Assembly: GCA_028023455.1 (NCBI GenBank)
Contig: JAQFVV010000005.1
Span: 11,284,001 to 11,348,000 of the forward strand
DNA length: 64,000 nt
Direction of reading: 5' to 3'
From: Epiperipatus broadwayi
Taxonomy: Eukaryota > Animalia > Onychophora
The translations under genes and the position numbers were made by a program. Within the stretch, counting starts at the first letter, position 1; every line of letters begins with the position of its first letter. This document shows positions 38,002-51,149 of this stretch, piece by piece. The notes under the pieces are model-generated. The model was not told where the DNA came from. It ran no database searches and saw nothing but the letters and a program-made list of their open reading frames with translations.

Positions 38002-39652
38002 ATGAGTAGGGCCTAGATGGGGATTTTATGCACAAGCCTTCTGGCATCCATTGATTACTCTAGCTTGCTGTGTGTGGCAATACATATAGTGAGTTTTGCC
38101 TGTTTTAACAACAATTATATGTATTTTGTTTTATTTACTCCAAATTGCGTAAATTAATCTTTATAATATATAAATCATTATTATTTATTTATAAATATGA
38201 CTTTGTACAATTTTATTGAATCATATTTGAGAAAACAAAATAAAATATATATAATGCAATGTATATAAATATTATTTTCTTGAATGCTTTATTGCAAATC
38301 CATTATTGTCATCGTAATTTAATTTTTTTGCGAATTCTAATTCAGTAGATAAAATTGCTAACGAAGAGAATCATTCCTGACCAGAGTGATTTCACATTAA
38401 CTTAACCATAAAGTAAATGGCGAAATATTTAAATATACACATTGTAATTAGCCAAACAATCTAGCTACCACACAAACAGTGCTTTTTATAACTGTTTGCT
38501 TAGCATGTGACAGTCATTGCAGGTCAAATTACAGTTTTGGAAGAAAAATAGTTACATTTAGCAAGTGATAAAATATTTCCTTTTTTTGATTTTTGCAGAA
38601 AATATAAATCATACAAAGTGTGGAGCCTTGTGCGTTGCACTGTCCCCAAACTGGCTCTTGATATAAGCATTACAACTAATAAACCGTCTTCAAAGTAAAA
38701 GAGTTCAAGAGCCTTTGATTTTAATAAATTCATAATTTGAATATTTTAGTTTATCAAATGTCTTTATTGTTTGGGCATTCATAGGAAGTTCGAATGCCTG
38801 AATAATCAGAACTGGAATCGGGTGATCTAAGGATCTTATGCTTCTCAGTCTGTCACTTTACTACTACTGCACTATGATGTGAAATAAAATATGAACTCAT
38901 AAATTATTATTATTTAGGCTTATTGGTCAAAAGATAATATTGTTTTGGCAGGAAAAAGTATTGGCCAAAATGAGTTCATTAATAGTGTCCGGTACTTACG
39001 CATTAGATCTGCAATATAGTAGACCTAATATTTCTTTTCACATTTGTATCAATGCTCTTGTGATCTGACCAAATAACATGTACACTTGGATCTTGACCAA
39101 ACTAAAAAAGATAAATTCATCAAAATAGACCACATGTACATGATATTTTTGCAAGATTTACAAAGTTATCAGCAGTCTGAATATGCATGTAAAAAGATGT
39201 AGCAGTTCTAATACATGACAGTAATTGCACCAGACTAAATCTAACAATATTAAAAATATGAATTTCACATTTTATTTTAATTGGATAAATTTTTGTTTCA
39301 AAATGGAGACTAAAAGTAAAAAAAAATGTTTTCCCCAAAATGGAGACTTAGTTAACATGTGATTGTGCAATATAATGCCTGCATAGGATCTTCACCAGAA
39401 ATGTTAATAAGTAGTATTTCAGAACCCAAAAAAAAAAGAAATTTAAATTATTACCCTTTTATTATTTCTTCAATAAGGTGGACCAATTTTTTAATGTCCA
39501 GTATGATTCACATGAAAATGATCAGGACTAATAAGTACCATGTTTTTTCCATAATGAATATATCTCCATTATTTTTGTTAGATTTGAATATTCAAATTAC
39601 ATGTGATATAATGTCTTACTGCTGATGATGTATTATTCTAAGTTTGCAATAA

Positions 39653-39738
39653 GTTTAAAATAATGCCTCCATGGGATCTGCATACAAATTTTATTGATTA
39701 ACTTTGTCCGCACCTTCCTTGGAGGCATTATTTTAAAC
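39653..39738. mobile_element. Tiny MITE-like element with perfect 19-bp terminal inverted repeats
   Basis: GTTTAAAATAATGCCTCCA ... TGGAGGCATTATTTTAAAC. Confidence 0.65.
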
Positions 39739-40957
39739 ATATCACAAAATTAGAGTAATGCATCATAGCAGGAATAATACCAAAGTACCAAAGAAATTTC
39801 TTTCACATTCGTCATACCTAGAATATCTTAATAAATTTTAAATCTATACATATTTTAAATTGAATGATTAAGATTGATTTAATAAATAACCCTGAGATAA
39901 ATAATTAATTGAATATTATATTTAAGTTAGGAATGAGAGAGAGTGATTTTCTAGCCTTATTCAAATTACATATTAATTTGTATCAAAGTAGTTTTTTACA
40001 CAAAAGATTTTTTATCAAATTATATGTGTTTAAGAAAGATTATTGAGATACATCTATAAGAAGATCCTGAGAAATTTATTGGTCTTAAATTTTAATGTAT
40101 TATTAAATTCTGGAATAGTTATTATTATTTATTTTATGTGGCAAATAAATATGCATTCATTTTAATTTACTTTTGTAAATTTGCGACCAATTGTAAACAT
40201 CTCCATTTAAAATGATCTCATCACAACTGGTCATCTTTTGCTCCTATTTGATTATAACTTGAATTTGGGTTACAATATATATGGGAAAATCAATTGGCTA
40301 CATTCTTCCACATATACAACTTTAGTTTGTCTACTTTATTTTTTATATTATTAATTAACCTGTTCAAATTTGTAGGTGATGTAAGACAATATTGAATTTA
40401 TCTGCAGTATTCCAAATTTATTTTCAATGCTCAATACATAGGTCATTTATTTATTTATTTTTCTAACTTTTCTACTTTCAGTCATAATATTTCTTTTAAA
40501 ATGCTCAAAATATTTATATTGTAATGGTAGAAAACTGAGAGAGGCTTTGTTGTGTGCCTAAACTTTGGACACCAAATCTGCAACAGAAGAAAAATGAACA
40601 AGAACAAGAAACTCCATTGATATGCTTTAGCTCTGAATTCCAAAATTATAATGGTATAATAATGATAACATGAGAATTCTCCTTCTTAATACCCGAAGTC
40701 TTTGAGCATTCTAAATCTGTAACAGGACAAAATGAGAAAAGGTTAATTGATCTAGTTATTCTAATAAAGATATGTATGAATACTAAAAATGGAAAAAAAT
40801 GATTATATGGATTGTTTACTTTTATACATTTATGAATTATATAAAGTTACAATCTATAATAGTATTAATTATATAATACCAAATCTGTAATAATGTGAAT
40901 AGGCTAGCTAAAATTAATAGAGCTATATAAGTTAAGTGAACAAAATCTAAAATGGAA

Positions 40958-41097
40958 TAAGATGAGCAAATGTTGTATAATGAGCTTGAAAATAAGCTCT
41001 TAACAAGCTTTGCAGAATATTCTCAACAATGGACCGGTTTCTACTACTGACTTCCTCAGTGAGGTGCCAGGATATTCAAGCATTAAGATGAGCAAAT
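40958..41097 (-). mobile_element. Family C minimal insert (112 bp, essentially one HHR motif), 14-bp TSD
   Basis: TAAGATGAGCAAAT at 40958-40971 and 41084-41097. Minus strand GAAUAUCCUGGCACCUCA CUGAGGA AGUCAGUAGUA GAAA CCGGUC|CAUUGUUGAGAAUAUUC. Core intact, stem II and proximal stem I eroded. Confidence 0.75.
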
Positions 41098-42649
41098 ATT
41101 AAGCAAGCTCTATTAATAAAATAATCCAAAACCTATATTGGAATAATGTTTAATATTTATTAATAATATTTACATATTAAATAAATTTCAACTCTATTGG
41201 ATGCTAATATTGTCTACACAATATAAAATAATGTATTTGAAAATTATGATGTATATTAATTAATAGTTTATAATATCCATTCATAAATAACACTTTTATT
41301 GCTATGTGGTAAGTTTATACTATATTCAAGAATGAATAAAGTTATTAAGCTTAATGATTATATAAAATTTTATTATTATAATTTATTGACTAGTTTTTAT
41401 TCCAATGGATGTTCATGAAACAGACTCACTTTTCATCACTACTGAACTTGAGCACAGTGATAAAATTTATATTATTTGCTAGTTAGATTTTATGTTTAAA
41501 TCTATTAATTTGAATGACTCAACTAATAATAATTTTATTTACAAAAACTAATAACAAGACAACAAATATGTCATAATAATTTAAATTAATGTACCATAGA
41601 ATATTATATCTCATTAACTCAGTGCCTGCAGTGTGCCATGAGAGATTTAAGGTATGCCTTGAAAGATTCCAAAATATAGATAAATAACATGTAAAGACAT
41701 CATGGACTGTTCAACTGTGAGTCATCCTGTGGTAATTTAGGGAAAGAAAGATCCGAGCACATTTGCAAAGTTTGAGCATGTTCTGGAATAATACCATGTC
41801 GAGTATTTATATTAGCAGTGGACAGAATAAGGCAGCAATCATCTTGGTAAAATGCATACTGTGGTTAAAATAAATTGAAAGATTTGTTATATAAATATTA
41901 GTAATCGTGATTAGTTAGGAATTGGTTAGTTTAAAATAGTTGCAATTGTAAATATAGCACAAAATACTTTAAATATAAATTACTTACATTACACAAAGAA
42001 CAGCAGTTTTGCTACAATAAATTATATTTCTGCATTAATAAAGTTAAACTGGGATTGTCTGTAAGTAAATTATTTAGTAGCCATAGTAGTTTTTAGTTCA
42101 TGATTTATTTATAATTTACATAAATTATTTTATGTTAATTTGAATCAATTTTCAGTAAAGAAAATATTTTAAACATGGACAAATTTTTATTGAGATCTCA
42201 GAAAAATGAGGCAGAGTGTCATAACAAACAAAATAAATACCAGAATAAAAAGTCCACCCCATCAAAACAAAAATATAATGAAAATTACATATAATATGGT
42301 TTTATATTATCAAAATAATATAACTTTGTTCCTTTTGTATCATTTTTAACAACACTGAAATGATGCGATAGTTCCCATAAAACTTTAACACCATTTAATA
42401 AAAAATCATCTGCAACATAAGGACAAACTAAAAGAATACATTCAGATGCTAAAAAAATAATTTAAAAATTCAATCATAAGAAATTTCACTCAATTCCCAA
42501 AAAAGCTCAAATTGCTACTTACAGATTTTCTTATTTTTTTCAATCTCTTTATTCTAATTTAATCTTGATTTCTTATTTCATTCATCAAACATATCAATAA
42601 TGACCCATAGTGCATGTAAAAAAGCATCATCCACATAATGTACATATGT

Positions 42650-43196
42650 ACAATTTTATATTAATCTAATATATAGGGTATATGAGCACAGACTTTCACA
42701 CCAACCACCACTCTCCACTCAATCTCATAACACTGATACACCCGAACATATATATGTCGAAAAGATAAATAATCACCAATATACGTATTTCATGCTAAAC
42801 CAGCAATCATCAGTTGGTCCAGATTACCATCTCCACACATATGCTACAAGTGCTCAGATATATATTAAGATAGCCAATCTTCATACTTTAATGGACCAGC
42901 TTCAATCTACTCCTCACTCCAACTGTCCATCCAATTGAAAATCTGATGATGGAATGCTCAAAGGCCCCCCTGAGGCCGAAATTTTTGTCACATCCATATT
43001 GACCTAAGGTCAATCTGACCCCTCATGTACAGGACATAATACACCCAATACATATACAAGGGATGGGCAGACATCTCTACTATGTAATAACTGAAACACA
43101 GGCTTATTATATTCCTGTGTCTATATATGTAATATATAGGGTATATGAGCACAGACTTTCACACCAACCACCACTCTCACAATGTTTATATTACTC
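42650..43196 (-). mobile_element. Family A HHR-bearing tandem repeat, 1.1 units of 463 bp, degenerate TSD of about 17 bp
   Basis: TATAGGGTATATGAGCAC at 42672 and 43135. Flanks ACAATTTTATATTAATC and ACAATGTTTATATTACTC. Confidence 0.85.
42766..42828 (-). ncRNA. Minimal type I HHR motif A5
   Basis: GGUAAUC UGG ACCAA CUGAUGA UUGCU GGUUU AGCAU GAAA UACGUA UA|UUGGU GAUUAUU. Perfect palindromic stem III AUACGUAU, predicted cut between 42780 and 42779. Confidence 0.82.
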
Positions 43197-44749
43197 ACTT
43201 TGAATGCAAATGCTAATCTACAAACAATTGGCCAAGTTTTATCATTTTGTGTATATTGTCTCTTAATGCAGCTACAATATCATTTTCGGTCCAGGTTAAT
43301 AATCATGAATAAATTCATGCTTTAGGTAATAATTCAATAATTTTAATATCTTACCTATTGATTAACTCTTATAATTCCACTATGGTCAATGAAACCATTC
43401 TATATTTATTTGAGATAATATTCCTAATAGTATCTAAAAATTCAAACTAAGATTCAATTGCAAACTTCCAAAAACCTAGTTCTTTTTTATCAATTGTACT
43501 ATATACTTTGACACTTCATAATATGCACTGCTAAAGTCACTCATAACTTTGAAAGAATAATGATCTCATATGAGTGATATATTTATATATTATAATGGTA
43601 TTTGAAGTAAAAGGTAACAAGGGGAGATGGAAAAACATCATTATCTCCATTGAATAAATAATATATAAAATAAATGAGCGTGTAAATATAAAAAGGAAGA
43701 AGCATATATAAATGCATAAAATAATATATAGATGAGCATGAGAGATAGCATGGAAGAAAATAAATCATTACAATAATTATATCATCAAACATCACATTGC
43801 CTCTATAATAATTATACACTACAAGCTACAATTACAATTAATATCACCAGCAAGCTGCATCAACAATCAGCAGTTATCTTTGGGGCTGGATTTAAAAATG
43901 GTACATTATAAACAGATTAATCATCTAGCCACAGCCCAACATAGGGCATAATATAACATTCATCTAAATGCATATACTTAAATGCTAATCATAAAAATAA
44001 TACTGGGATGCTGATACATGCAGATCATCATCAACACCCTAGCCATATGATGAATACAGTGAATGGTATTTAAAGGTAATATCTTTGTGCCATCCAGAGA
44101 ATTATCTGGTTGTCCAAACAACATAACCCCTTACATTCATATAACCACCATGATTTCTCTAGAACTAACTCAAGGTCATAAGACTCTAGGAATTAATTAT
44201 GAACAAGAGATGAATAAAACAGCTTACATTATTTTAAATAATTTTACTGGGATTATTGACAAACCACTAGAACACTATGCTGTATTGAAATAAAGTCACA
44301 CACTATGCTATTTTATACAACAGATAGTGGAAAAATAAAAACAACACTAATATTTTCAACAAGTATTTAATAAACTAACTGATTAATAATTTAAAAAAAA
44401 TTAAAAACATGATAATATAATTCAAATTTACAGATTTTTATCAAATTATAATTGCATATAACAAAATGATTAATCAGTTGATTTTTGTTTTAAATTAACT
44501 TTTGCTTTCATTAAGTCATTTCCTTTTTAGTAATTAAAGTTGGAAAATACCTCAACAATAGAGATAAAAAAATTTTAAATAAGCTAAAACTCTTAATAAT
44601 TTTGGAGGGAAAATCAAATACATGATAAAAACATGTTTCAATGAAACAAAATACTTTATAACATTATTTATTACCAATTATTACTTAATTTAAACATCTA
44701 TAAGTTTAAATGTAATGTGCATAAAATATCTTTTTGCCATGGATTTATT

Positions 44750-45350
44750 TTCCTTGGTAGTCCCAGGACAGTTGTAAATTTTATATTTTTTTCATGTTAG
44801 TTTTCTTTTTGTAGGCTTCTCCATTAACAACCACTTGCAGGCTAATGAATACAGTTAAGTTTCTCCATTCAGACTTCTACACAGAAAGAATTTATCTTTT
44901 TCTTTCTAATAATTTTCTAGTCAGATTAATATAAAAAAACAGAAACACTCATGCTCTTGGATTGAGACAAAGCTTGTTAGATTATTTTAGGAATACTCTT
45001 TCATTTAATACTTTTTATTGTGAAGTCTGTAATGAATGTTGATTATCTTTAGTTTCTAGATAAATTTGGCACATAGTTTTCTTTATTTTAGAAAACTTTT
45101 AAAGCTAATCTGCATTCTCCTAAAGCTGAATCAAGAATGACTTTCTACCATCCTCTTCAACAGCTGGATCAAGACTAATAAATGCTGCCACTGCTCTCCT
45201 CAACAATTTGATCAATATCACCTGTTCTTCACAAAACATTGACAGCTACACATTTATCCTTTTCTCTATGGCATACTTTTGTAATAATTTTGTCTCCAAC
45301 TAATCACAATCTTGTCTCCTACATAACCATATTAAACACTTGCAAATTGC
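44750..45350 (-). mobile_element. Possible LINE ORF1 (esterase-like) relic
   Basis: Fragments VGDK.. and CQCF..GDIDQIVEE loosely resemble GDS..CFPGAxIxDI of CR1-type ORF1. Heavily decayed. Confidence 0.25.
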
Positions 45351-47696
45351 ATCTATTTTTTTAAAAAAATCTTATTTCTCTATTTTTTTAATTAAAAAAT
45401 TTTAATAGTAATTTTTTAAATTCCTCTTTAGTTAGTTTTTTTCCATGTGCCAAAAGAAAAACAAGATAATTGGCTAATTATACTGATTTTGAAAGACATT
45501 GACTTTTCTTTTGGAAAGTGATAAAGAGAAAAAAACTATTGATTAAACAAAATTTAACAAAATGTTAAAATCTTTTTTTTTTAAAAAAAAAAAAACAAAA
45601 CATTACAAACATGAAATCTACCTATTTATTTCTCTTTATTTTTTAAAGTTAAATTTGTCTTTTCAGAATTTTTTCATAATTTATTGAAGAACAATTATTT
45701 CTCTTAATACATCTTTTTTAAAAAACATTAAAATTAAACTGGTAGGTAATTAAATTTACTAAAGTGAGAAAAAAAATTTATTTTATCTTATACTTTTCTC
45801 TCTTTTTTACAACTATTTAAATATTAACACATTTCAAATATTCACATTATCATTTGTAAAAAAAACATTTGAGAATTCTGATATCATTTGGTAAAGAAAA
45901 TATTTGCCTAACTTTAGACTTATAAAAAATATGATAAAATTAAATATTTTTTATTCTAATTTTATTTATAAACTTGTAATATTTGACATGGCAGAATTGG
46001 CCACTGACTACAGTATTACTATATATATATATATATATATGCCTGCTAACTATTGTAAATAAATCACATGGAACATATTGAGATACATTACTGGGATTGA
46101 TTTAAACATTTATTCTTTCTAACCAAAGTGTTTTAATAAACATTCTATATATACAATTAGAGTATAAGAATGAATAATCACTTTATTTTTAGTAAATTTT
46201 GACTTATGCTTGATTGGAGAGTATTTTAAATATTTACTGTACAGTGTTAGTTTTTAATCTGTAATATTTTATATACATGAGCATTTTAAAAGAAATATAT
46301 GAGAATGAATGTGATTAAAATAGATGTCACTAATCATATATATTAAATATTGGAAATAAAATTGAAATAAGTGCATATAAGTACAATGTTATCTTTGAGA
46401 TACCTGTAAATTCTAATAAGATGATTAATAATTCAAAAGATAAAGTAGATAATTGGATTAAATTTATATATATGCAGAGGGGTGTAACCAATTAGGTTAT
46501 ATATATATATATATACTATGATGATCCTAAAGTGAATATGGGGCTAAGAATACCACAATATTTACTTATGTACAAATAAACTAATTTAACAAATGCATCT
46601 GTATTTTATAACAAATGAAGGAATATGGACATGGTTTTTCATCCTGATATTGTTGAGGTAATTTGTGAAGAAAGAAATGATTGAAAGTAAATTAAGGAGA
46701 CTTGGTTTATTGCACAATATATGTGATGAATCAGAGAGCCAGTAACATTTAAATGAGCAAAAAATGTTTTTTTAATTTTTTAATAGTAAAATATTGTCGC
46801 TTGTATTTTTGATAACCATAATTATAATGCTAATGTGTGAAAAGTATACTTGATATGTGTATGTTAATTTTATTCATTTGATGTTACATTGTTTTTATAC
46901 TATACATATATTTATGTAAATGCATAAAAGCAATTAACACAATATTAATCTCAATCTGTTGTTAAGGCAACCTAACCTCATTTTAATGTGGAAATCCATC
47001 TTTATCTATGGCCTAATATCTTTATACGAGATGCTGATAATTCCACCTTTATTTTTAAAAGGAGGTTGTCTTGACAACAAATTGAAATTATTGTTATTGA
47101 TTAACTGTTGACAGTTTTTATGCATTTTGCATTTATTTAAACCTATCTAGCCTGAGCATAATTAGCTTTATATATGCATGTATATAAACAATCTGTAAAT
47201 ATCCCACTACAGATAGTCTTTTCTACAGCTCTACATAAAGAAATTGTAAAACAAATCACCAGTCTTTCCAGTTTTTGATTAGTAGCTTGATTGGTGTTAC
47301 ATCCTTGAATTAGTATCTAGATGCAATTAACTATATCCCCATTATTTACCAGTAATGGATGATATTCTTGTTTGGTTATAGGCCAGCTATCTGAATAAAA
47401 ATTCCCAAGTCTGTTGAACCCTTTTCAGAACATTGTCAATAGGATTTTTTTTCCAAGACATTAAATGATATACTGATATTTATTCAGTATGTACTGTACA
47501 TTTTGATTCAAATAAATAAAAGCTGAATGGCTAATAAAATTCAAATAAAAATGATTAACTTAAAATATATATAATATTAACCTCTGTGATGATAATGATT
47601 TATAATTCAAAAGTACAAGTACTACCAAAGTATTTTATTTGTTTTCAGTTTCACTAAAAAGAAACCCAAAGGTGCCAAGGAATACTTTTAAAGAAC

Positions 47697-48650
47697 CATC
47701 ATCATCATTACTGTGATTCCAGCATGTTCCACAGTGGATTGCATGATTTCTCAGAGCTGTGGCTATTAACTAGCATATGTTTGTAAAAAGCATATATTTG
47801 TGTTGAGTTACAAACACAAATTAAATGGATCAATAAAAAAAATGTAACTACTTATTAGGAATGAATAAATAAAACAGTTGCATATTGCAACTATTAACAC
47901 ATACATAAAATACTAATCATAGTAGTAAAAAATATTTTATATTTATGTCCAAGTTTAATACTTAATAGTATTTATAATGATAAGATCTTACCATGTTAAA
48001 TATTTAACAGTCACAAAACATGGTTTTTCAGATACCATTCTTTTAATATTTTGTTTTCTTCCATAGTTCTGTTGACAATGATGGTAGTTCTTGAATACTG
48101 GTGATGTTAGAGTAATTACAGTATCCCTAGTGATGTTATATGAGGAATAATATCAGGTCTTGGATAATTTATACTGCACTGTCCATTTATTCTTTTAGAA
48201 GCATTGCACAAGTTGGTTTTGCAAACTTTAGCATCAATTTCTGGATCTGATTACATTTTCCAGGCATTTGGCTGGTGTGGTTTTTGGTTATTTAGGCACA
48301 CATGATGGTTAGATTTCTTCTAAATAAAATCATCATACTGACTTGTAACTGGAGTATTGATAAATATTTTATAAACAGGAAAATACAGTATTGTGAAAAA
48401 AGTTTTAATCAGTGGTTGTTTCTCTCTTCAGTATCATGGCAATACATTTTCAATAGATTGCACTCTTTTAGAATAAAAATGATAATAATAATGCACAGTT
48501 GCTTGTTTCCAAACTATTTATATTTACTTGATGTTGTTCAAATGATATGGTTTTCAAACAACATATACATCAGCTAGGCAACATGTAACCTTTGCATCAT
48601 TACAACAATATATTTTTTGAAAAACTATTCATTTTCTTCATAACATGTTG
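47697..48650 (-). mobile_element. Possible RTE LINE 3-prime end relic
   Basis: RTTIIVNRTMEE resembles the RTE C-terminal KTIxQGTMEG. Ends in an ATGATGATG-like tail at about 47697-47710. Confidence 0.35.
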
Positions 48651-49640
48651 TGGATATAAATTTTATGTACATTATATCATAATTTTGTATGCAAATAAGT
48701 GAAATAAAAGATTTTTTTTTCTTTTCTCTCCTCTTTCTTTTATATATTGCGACATAGGGGGAAGGAAAATTCATTACCAACCTTTAACTTTTTAATTATA
48801 ACTTCTAAAATATTATTTATAAAATTTGAATTTAAATCCTCCATTAAATTTGCTATAAAAATATTAGAGACTTTACCCAAAACTAGATTTATGATAAGCC
48901 AACTAATATATTTGAAAATGCTTTGGATTTCTATAAATTACACATTCAAAATTCTTTCACTCATCAAAGCATTTTTCCTTCTTTCTTTACAGCAATTTCT
49001 CATTATTATTTTTCATATATTACAAAGGGGATTCTTAATAGACTTTAATAATATGCATAAATTAATTTTTCTCTCAATTTTTAGCAGTTTACATTTTTAT
49101 TTCTCAAGTCATACATTCATATGTGTACACACTCAAATGGCATTTTGTTTATTTATTAGTCAGTTTACATCAGTATTTATTAAACAATTTTTTTTTTATC
49201 TTTCTGCAGCATTGTGGTATAGTCAATTTGCACTCTTCACATGTTTTATAGCTACAATATATAGAATCATTTTAAAAAAGAAAAACATAATTTAATATAT
49301 AATTTTATTCAGAAGAATCCTGTGATGCAAATATCATGCATTTGTCCTACAGACCAAGTTTGAAATTGATATGGTTAAAAAAAATTTTCAGGATTTAGTC
49401 AGTCTTTGGATTTTATTTTAGGTTTCTGGACCAAGCCCAATTCTGTTAATCATCCTATCATCAGTAAATATATATCTTAACTTTTCTTAATACAGAATAA
49501 AATAAACTTGAAAAGTATTTAAACTCTCACCACCATCGAATACATGGAAAATCTAGTGAATAATGTTTCAATGTTCTTCAAAGCCATGAAACATTATATT
49601 TAAGATAAAGTCCTCCACTAGAAAAGTTAGACAATTATAT

Positions 49641-49888
49641 CTTAGAATTAATGTTGTAATTATAAATTTATTTAATGCACATTGATTACATAAGTAATAT
49701 TTACCAAGGCAATAAACCTAAAGCATGTGCGGTTGAAAATGCGAAGGTAGAGACCTATACAATTCTTAACCACAAGCTTTTCCAATGTGTAAGCTTGTGG
49801 TTAAGAACTGTAGAGGTCCCTACCTTCGCATTTTCAACCGCACATGCTTTAGATTTATTGTCTTGGTAAATATTACTTAGAGTTAATG
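49641..49888. mobile_element. Foldback insert with about 95-bp arms and a probable 13-bp TSD (1 mismatch)
   Basis: Arms about 49690-49789 and 49792-49879 are reverse complements. CTTAGAATTAATG at 49641 and CTTAGAGTTAATG at 49876. Confidence 0.7.
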
Positions 49889-50973
49889 ATAATATTTTTA
49901 ACAATGTGCAAAAATCTTTAGTTCATCAATTGAAGGATTTTTATTAGATTTGTTCCTAAAAGTGCTATTTTTTTTTTATAATTTTATTTAAAATGTTGAA
50001 ATATTATTGTTTAATTTGCCTGATCATATGTAATGTTTTTTTTATAATCAAATTTTGTATAAAAATATTCTGGAAATGTAAGTACTTGTGGTAAATCTCT
50101 TAACAAAAATATGTAAAATATTAGCAATTTGTGACTAAATTCATAAAAAGATGAAATGAAGCTAATATAGGTATATTATAATCACTCATTGAAATTATAG
50201 TAAGACAGTTATTCATTTAATTACGTATTTTTTAATAATTACATAAAATAAATATTTCTATATGTCAAATTCTATACAAGAAGTTCAAACTCTATATTTT
50301 TTTTGCAAGTTTATCATAATTTTTACTTTAATGCAATTTATTTAATTTCTGGGACCTGCTACTGGTATAATTTTTTTTCTGCATTCACAGATAGGAAATT
50401 AATTATGTTATTAGATGCTAAAAAAACATATTTAGGATTCCGTTTGTCCATGCAGTTATATAGATTTACAATGACTTTGTGCATTGATAAAATAAATTTT
50501 GGTATATTGCTATATTATGCCTTACAGTAAATTATTCAGGTAATTAGTTAATAGAACTTATATCCATCATCAAAAATTCAATGTAGAATAATTCATTACT
50601 TATTAGTTTCAAGAATTAATATTTCGTTGATGATTGACATTCTTTCTAATAAATCCTATGGAGTGAAGTATGTAAAGTGATTTACTTTGTCTATTAAATA
50701 TTTTATTTTTCAAGAGCCATTAAGGGTTATCTACATATACTTGTAACTTTCCTATTACATGATCATGAGATATGATGCAATGATTTTTATGGGTGAAAAT
50801 GATCCACCCAAGAATTTGATCATGAGAACTTTAAGCCATTGTTTTTGCAGATGTTTTCAAATGAACCTTTATAATGGATTATTTTATGAGTTTTCTTACT
50901 ATATCATAGAATAGAAACGCATTCATTCTTAAACAGGTTATTCAACTTTCTAATTTTTTTTTTTTTCTCATGG

Positions 50974-51062
50974 GTCATAGCATCAGCCGGGAAGCGAACC
51001 TGCTAACCTGGAACAACTGCTTGTAAAACAGCTGTCGCTGACCTCTTGACCACCAATGATTG
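50974..51062 (-). mobile_element. tRNA-derived SINE-like head
   Basis: Minus strand TGGTGGTCAAGAGG (A-box-like) and GGTTCGCTTCCCGGCTGATGCTATGAC (B-box). Homologous to 56527-56621. Confidence 0.65.
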
Positions 51063-51149
51063 ACAACTTTCTATTTTAAAGACTTTGATATATGTTTTGA
51101 CATTAACAGATTCAAACCAAAAGCAACATGGTGATGTGATATTATCTTT

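Larger units (their letters stand above)
37384..38127. mobile_element. Family B palindromic insert with one HHR per arm, 14-bp TSD
   Basis: ATTATATGTATTTT at 37384-37397 and 38114-38127. Arms about 37440-37760 and 37797-38113 are near-perfect reverse complements. Confidence 0.92.

Noticed and set aside
38524-38733. piggyBac-like GTVQRTR motif
   Set aside because: The NYFSS motif is on the wrong side for piggyBac order, and no TTAA or TIR was found.
42943-42989. Plus-strand CTGATGA..GGCCGAAA..GTC in the family A unit
   Set aside because: Stem II cannot close next to the core, and the motif is not conserved in the 15.7 kb or 29-30 kb copies.
43014-43072. Possible HDV-like ribozyme (CTGACCC..GATGGGCAG) in family A
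   Set aside because: Only a P2-like pairing is visible. I could not build P1, P3 or P1.1.
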